NCBI GenBank assembly: GCA_951406725.2
Contig: OX597820.1
Coordinates: 41,540,001 to 41,604,000, forward strand
From: Octopus vulgaris
Lineage: Eukaryota
Reading direction: 5' to 3'
DNA length: 64,000 bases
A program made the position numbers and the translations under genes. The first letter of the stretch is position 1; the number at the start of each line of letters is the position of its first letter. Positions 57,331 to 64,000 of this stretch are shown piece after piece. The notes under the pieces are model-generated. The model ran no database searches and was not told the DNA's origin. It saw nothing but the letters and a program-made list of their open reading frames with translations.

Positions 57331-58521
57331 CTATATCTCTCTCTATATATACATATATGTGTATATATGTATATGTATATATGTGTATACATGTCTGTAT
57401 ATTTGCTTATACTTCAGCTAAGAAATTCATGGATTCGTGTTAAACTGATTTTAAAAAAGTAACTATTATTGCTTTAATTTTGTTTTCACACCATTTAATT
57501 ACAGTCCATTTGGCTTGATTTCGTAACTATTTCTTTTCTTTAAAGTTGCTTGTATCAATTATCAATAAAAGAATTGTAATTTTTCTTTCTCTTTCATTTA
57601 CTGTAACTATTAATTAGTATTCGTATTGTCTTCTTTGTTGTTGTTGTTTTTGTTGTTCTTCTTATTATTATTGTAGTAGTAGTAGTAATAGTAGTAGCAG
57701 CGGCAGTAGTTTTATGTTATTGATGTTGTTATTAAGTATACTATATTTGTTTTCTTATCTGGATAGCTGTTTCCTTCAGGAAAAGTTTTGAAAGCATTCT
57801 AATAATTAAGAAATTACACACACACATACACACACACACACACACACATACACATGTATGTATGTATGTATGTAAATACATATATGTAGCCCTTTAGAAA
57901 GAATATGCATCTGCCACTCGCTATTAGATAAATATGCAGGAAGTAATGTGGTCAAAAATAAAAATAAAAACAGCAATAGTATTAAGTGTAACTTTTTAAT
58001 TATCATTTCTAATATGCTCGGATAAATCTATTGCTATTTTATTATTAGTGAGATATATTTTATGCTATGATCGACCGTGAAGTCTGGCGCAACATGGTAA
58101 ATTCCATTGTCTCGACCACGGTCGAACAATGATGATGATGATGTATATCTGTCCCTCTCTCTCCCTCATTCTTCCTCCTCGACTCTCTCGCTGCTTACAC
58201 GTGATCAGCGCCTATCTTTCTTTTCTTAACTCGAATTTCTTTCTTTCTTCTCGTTCAGCTACAGGGATAGCACATATTTTTGTCTGTCTCCTGTCAAAGC
58301 TTGCTTCTCCAGCGTTCACCACTTCACCTCGTTATGGCTTAACAGCCCTTACCATTCGTTTTCATTGCTGTTTTTTTTTTACCAGCTTTGACCCTCCGCA
58401 GACCCCAAATTTTATTTAATTTGCTTTGTGGGAGCAACTGTTTTGACGAAGACGCATCTTGTCATTATGCTTGAAATGCAGAGTAGATAAAACAGTGGAC
58501 AACAGATGAAGGGAGCGAGGT

Positions 58522-58621
58522 TATAGTAGAAGACACTTGTCAAAAGTGTCACGCAGTGGGATTGAACCCGGAACCATGTGTTTGGGAACCAAGTTTCTTA
58601 CCACACAGCCATGCCTGCGCC
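58522..58621 (-). mobile_element. SINE family B, 5' fragment
   Basis: Minus strand GGCGCAGGCATGGCTGTGTGGTAAGAAACTTGG...GGTTCAATCCCACTGCGTGACACTTTTGACAAGTGTCTTCTACTATA. Confidence 0.85.
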
Positions 58622-59258
58622 TATATATATATATATATATACAGATATACACCCACTCTCTCTCTCTCTCACTTACACATACTATCAAACATACACAAAC
58701 ATACACACACATCTTTGGAATTATATTTACTTTTTAGGTGCCCACTTAATGAAAAAGTACCTAAATTTCATTTCATCATGATAGTAGATATAAAATCTAT
58801 ATATGTGATTCAATAATGTGTATATAAAAAAGACACTGCGTTATTTTAAATTTTCAAAATGATATATGTCTTTACGAAATATTGTATATTAATATTGTAA
58901 CTTCATATATTCGTTATAAGAAACATATAATTACTATATACATAGATCATAGCAATAACTATAGCAACATTATTATTTAAATTGCAGACCAGCATACTGT
59001 TATACATATGAATAAAAATAAATGCTAAGGTAACTGTAAGCAAATGAATACCCTAAATTATAAAATCTAAATTCTAAAATGCGGTGGACTGGTATAATCT
59101 TTACCTTGTAGGGCAATATGTCTTTCGGTATTTGGACAAGACAACTTAAAGTATTATAATTCTTTTGAGAGTGACATTGTAGTTTCCTTCTTGGAAACTT
59201 CGTTGTCACTGTCAATAAACTTATAAAGTGTGTATATATGAATGTATTTATATATGTA

Positions 59259-59303
<45 letters not shown>

Positions 59304-60669
59304 ATGTAGGTATGAAAATTCCAGAAGCGTAAGTCGTAACGTCTTTGATTCTAGAGAATAAGAGGGAAATATCAAATATATTATTGCTGTTGTTGTGGCG
59401 GCGGCAGCGGTGATGTTGAGATTCGTAAAGTTAATCAGTTAGCGAGCTGAACTTGATCTTGTTTATAGCTAATTCCGTTAATATAAGCTGCTAAAATATT
59501 TCATAAAGATACGAACATCTAAGTGGAAATTTCCTTTCTGTTACAAGAGCATGGTCTTTTTACATACGAAATGTTTAATGGCAAGCGCTATGAAGTAAAC
59601 ATTCAACCGTGTGCAAAGCGAAACTATGACTAAGTTCTGATTATTTTAGTAGCATAGACTGATAGATTAAGAGTGAAACAGAGACAGAGAGATGGAAAAC
59701 AAAGAGCGGGACACTGCATATATATGTGACAGCGCGCGTACACGTGTGTATGTGTGAGTGTTAGTCTGTCTTTGACATGAAGATAGAGAGAATGACTGAG
59801 CCGCAGGGGCCGATTGACAGTTATTAAACAAGCTACGCATATATCAACATAAACAACAAATATTAATAAAGACAGACGGGTGAAAACATTGGGAAATACA
59901 AACTAACAAAACCACGTCTCTAATAGGGAAACGAAAGCAAAGAAAAATAAACAAAGACGTCGGCAAAATTAGGGCAAACAAAAGATAAAGAAAAAAATTA
60001 ACAAATTTAATGAAAGTTTGCACACACACACACACACACACAAGCAAATATATACATATATACACACATGTATAAGTAGGCATGAATTTGTGTGTGTACA
60101 CAAATACAGAAACACAAACACACACACACACACACATACTATGCAAACCCTCGCATATTCAAGTATGCGTGCATGTTTGTGTGCGTTTATGTGTCAGCGT
60201 GTTGTATGATCATGCGTGTACAGTGTATTTGTATATGTGTTTGTGTATATACATGCAAGCATACATGTATGTACAGCGTTGATGTAAAGGGCGAAAAATA
60301 CGGTAAACAAAATAAAAGCAACGCTTATTTACAAACAGCTCTAGAACATATGTAAACATGGACGCTATGGTTAGGGGACAAACATGTTAATCGGGTGACA
60401 AACACGGTTAAGGCTGTTTAAAGCTTTTCAGTCGGCTATCTTTCAACCTAACAAAATGTATAAAAGAAGAGATAGACTGACACGGGTGTAAGACAGCTGA
60501 CGGATAGGAAAACAACTTAGCAGATTCGCTCATTTTCTTTCTTTGCTGCTACTGATAGTGTAGTTGTCGTTGTTGTTATTGCTGTTGTCGTTGTGATTAC
60601 TATACAGCTTGTGGAGATGTTAATGTTGTTGTTGTTGGAGGTGGTTGCGGTGATAGTAATGGTGGTGTT

Positions 60670-61186
60670 ATAATGAGGATGATGATGATGGCAGTAGCAG
60701 AGATTACTGTTGAGCAGCAAGAAGACAACGGTAACATCGATGATGATGATGATGATGATGGTGATGATGATGGTGATGATGATGGGGATGATGATGATGG
60801 TGGTGATGATGGTGATGATGGTGATGTTGGTGATGATGGTGGTGGGGATGATGGTGATGATGGTGGTGGTGATGATGGTGGTGATGGTAGTGGTGGTGGT
60901 GATGGTGGTGGTGGTGGTGACGACGACGACGACGACGACGACAACGACAACGACGTTGATATTAACGATAATGATAATAATGACTAATAAGAAATAAAAC
61001 TGTTGGCAATAACTATGGTCTTTACGACACCGCTACAGCTACTAATGATGATGATGATGAGGAGGAGGAGGAATATGTTAATCAATATGATGATGCTAAT
61101 GATGATGATCATGATAATACTTATGATAATCATTATTACAAAGATGACGATAAAGATGTTGAGGTGATGATGGCAATGATAACGAC

Positions 61187-61225
<39 letters not shown>

Positions 61226-61285
61226 AATGAGGACAATCAATGATGATAACGATGACGGTGATGACGGTAATGACGTTGAAGATGA
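60670..61285. repeat. (GAT)n/(GGT)n/(GAC)n trinucleotide low-complexity block
   Basis: Directly visible; gives poly-D/G/M/V pseudo-ORFs. Confidence 0.9.
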
Positions 61286-61867
61286 GAAGGTGAAAGGGAG
61301 AATAGAGACCCCAGAGTCAAATTTTTGTAGTTATTATCTTGTATATTTAAAGGTGGTTGCTCACCATTGAGAACATGCTGCTCTGGAGTGATAGATGTCC
61401 ATGTGATAAGCCAGTGCTCAGAACCCTTTACAAGGCTCCAAAAATAATGGAAGGAATGAAGGTTTCCTCAAACCGGACAGATGTCTCGAATGCTTGGATT
61501 CCAATAAAGGCCTCTAAAAAAGCGTCCAAAGTGACTGGTGGTAGAATTAAACCTATATAAGCCATAAAAGGATTTGAATTCAGAATGGAGTGAGCTGGAA
61601 AGTATATCACAAATTATCGGATCTGATATTGTAAGAATTCCAGGATCATCATCCAGGATTGGTACAAATGTTTATCGATCCCGAAAAGTTGATTTCGGCG
61701 GGATTTCAATGCAGAACGCTGAGGCATTCTCTAAGATGTTCTAACAACCCAACCAAATTACCGCTTGTTCTTAGAGAGAGAAAGAGAGAGGGAGAGAGAA
61801 CAAGAATTGAGAGTGAACCTGTAGAAGAAAATTAAATTTAAGAACTAGGGAATCAGGCATGCTGAAA

Positions 61868-62004
61868 TGTGGAGTGGCTGTGTGGTTAAGAAGCTTGCTT
61901 ATCAACCAATTGGTCTTGGTTTCAGTCCCACTGCATGGCTCCTTGATTAAATACATTCCATCATAAACATGGGCCGACCAAAGCCTTTTCAATGGATTTA
62001 GTAC
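61868..62004 (+). mobile_element. SINE family B, 5' fragment
   Basis: GGAGTGGCTGTGTGGTTAAGAAGCTTGCTT...TTCAGTCCCACTGCATGGC...GGGCCGACCAAAGCCTT. Confidence 0.8.
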
Positions 62005-62122
62005 TTGTCATTCTTAAAAAGAAAACTGTTAGTGTAAGAGAAAGAAACTTGAGTGCTATTTGCAGCAAGCCAAGCGGCTGATCTGATTGCTCCGTCGTTG
62101 GCTCTAGATAAAGAGCTGCTGC

Positions 62123-62170
<48 letters not shown>

Positions 62171-62273
62171 GGTGGTGGTAGTAGTAATGGTAGTAATAGT
62201 GGTAGTAGTAGTATTAGTAGTAGTAGTGGTGGTGGTGGTGGTGGTGGTGGTGGTGGTAGTGGTAGTGGTGGTG

Positions 62274-62305
<32 letters not shown>

Positions 62306-62347
62306 GGTGGTGGTGGTGGTGTGGTGGTGGTGGTGGTAGTGGTGGTG

Positions 62348-62382
<35 letters not shown>

Positions 62383-62414
62383 GGTGGTAGTGATGGTGGT
62401 GGTGGTGGTAGTAA

Positions 62415-62446
<32 letters not shown>

Positions 62447-62513
62447 ATGGTAGTAATGGTAGTAGTAGTGGTAGTAGTAGAAGTGATGGAGGTGGTGGTG
62501 GTGGCGGCGGCGG
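62123..62513. repeat. (GTA)n/(GTG)n trinucleotide array
   Basis: Directly visible. Confidence 0.95.
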
Positions 62514-63409
62514 TTACAGTGGTGGAAATCGTTTATAATAACAGTTGATGTTGGTTTAGAGGTAATGATGTCGATAAGTGCCGTGGTAGTGTTCAGCGTG
62601 TGATAATATATATTTCTGCGGCTGTGTGTGTTCATTTGCTGTGTTTGTGTGCTTGTGAGACTGTTTACGTAGAGACGAGTGGATGTGTTTGCATGTGTAT
62701 TGCTTCGGTACCTGCGTTGAAAGCATTTCGTGAAATTTTGCTAGGTGTGTATGCGTGTCATTGGTGTGCATGCATGACGGAATGAGTGCGTGCATGTGTG
62801 GATATATGTGTGTGCACCTCTGTGTGTGTGTTCTCACTTAAATGAAAATGTGTTTCAAGAGTGTGTGTATGCAGGCGTGTGTGTATGCGCGCGTGTGTGT
62901 GTATGTGTGTATGTGGGTGTGTGTGTGTGTGTGTGCGCGCGCTTGTGTTTATAAACAGGTATCGAAGTGTGAATGTATGCATAGGTACAGTTGAGTGCAT
63001 AAGTTATCAGTGTGTGTACGTGTGTATGAAGAGTGTATAAATATCGTTCTCACGCTATAGTATATATATGTATTGCTAAGTATGTTAGCGTATGTATGTA
63101 TGTATATGAATATACAAATGTGTACGCGCATGTTGGTGTAAAGAGAGAAAGAACTGCATGCTGCTAATAAAACAACTTAATAGTCTGTTAAGAGATGTGT
63201 GAATAAGAAACGGCCATTACTACCGAACTCCTTCATTCTACAATATCATGGCTTCATGTGTACCCGGATGTAAAGCCAGTACCAGTTATTTCTGCTATTC
63301 ACATATACGCGTACGCAAACACACGCGCGCGCAAAGAATCAGTCGCCATAACTGTCCACACATTCAGTGTTACTATTCGGCCATGATAATCTCAATAAAA
63401 TCTATCCTT

Positions 63410-63775
63410 GTTACCACCAACGTCACCATCACCACCATGACTGCCATCGAAATTACTGCCACCACTACCAACACCACCATCACTACTACCAACACGAGCA
63501 CTGCCACTACCACTACCACCACTATCACCACAACTTTAACATCACCATCACCAACATCATCATAACCACAGGCACTACTACCACCACCACGTTATTATCA
63601 TCGTCAGTATCTTCACCACTACAACTATTACCAATGTAGCAATCATTTTCGCTATACCACCATCATCGCCTCCAACACCATCACCACCACCAAAACTAAA
63701 CACAACCTTCTCCACCACCACCACCACCACCACCACCACCACCACCACGAGTCTCAACACCATCACCACCACAAT
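63410..63775. repeat. (CAC)n/(CAT)n/(TAC)n trinucleotide array
   Basis: Directly visible. Confidence 0.9.
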
Positions 63776-64000
63776 GCAATGATTTCACTGACACTACCGT
63801 TACAACGACTATAATAAGACTATCACCGCTGCACTGCCACCTCTTTCCAATCCAAACCATCCCACTACTTTCAACACCAATCCACTATTAGCACCATCTC
63901 TCCCACCGCTACAATTTATAACACTTCTATTTTCTTCCCACCGTTAACTCTACCAGTTTTCTCCAATGGTGCCGACGACAATGATGACTTGTTCTAAATA

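Overview
This is not a prokaryotic locus. It is AT-rich, microsatellite-saturated animal genomic DNA. The SINE families and simple-repeat load point to an octopus (coleoid cephalopod), which is an inference. Almost all ORFs in the supplied track are artefacts of (TA)n/(CA)n/(ATCT)n/trinucleotide repeats. The only host coding sequence I can support is a 144-nt minus-strand exon (32418-32561, canonical AG/GT sites, phase 0/0) encoding a NOL4/NOL4L-family segment (KRVAMVEDFFDIIH...KHAGQKRTYRA). The rest of the window is therefore probably two very large introns of that gene. These contain at least three tRNA-derived SINE families (some with TSDs, one dimeric, one nested) and several decayed Tc1/mariner transposons. 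They also hold a fold-back mariner derivative, a hAT MITE, an RTE LINE 3' end and a Penelope-like element remnant. The most unusual signals are four hammerhead-ribozyme-like motifs (two inside a repeated ~200-bp element, all antisense to the host gene), SINEs that carry internal microsatellites and swap modules, and inverted repeat pairs that could form dsRNA around the lone exon. I found no CRISPR array, rRNA, authentic tRNA gene or intact transposase, and I cannot claim a demonstrably new multi-gene system.
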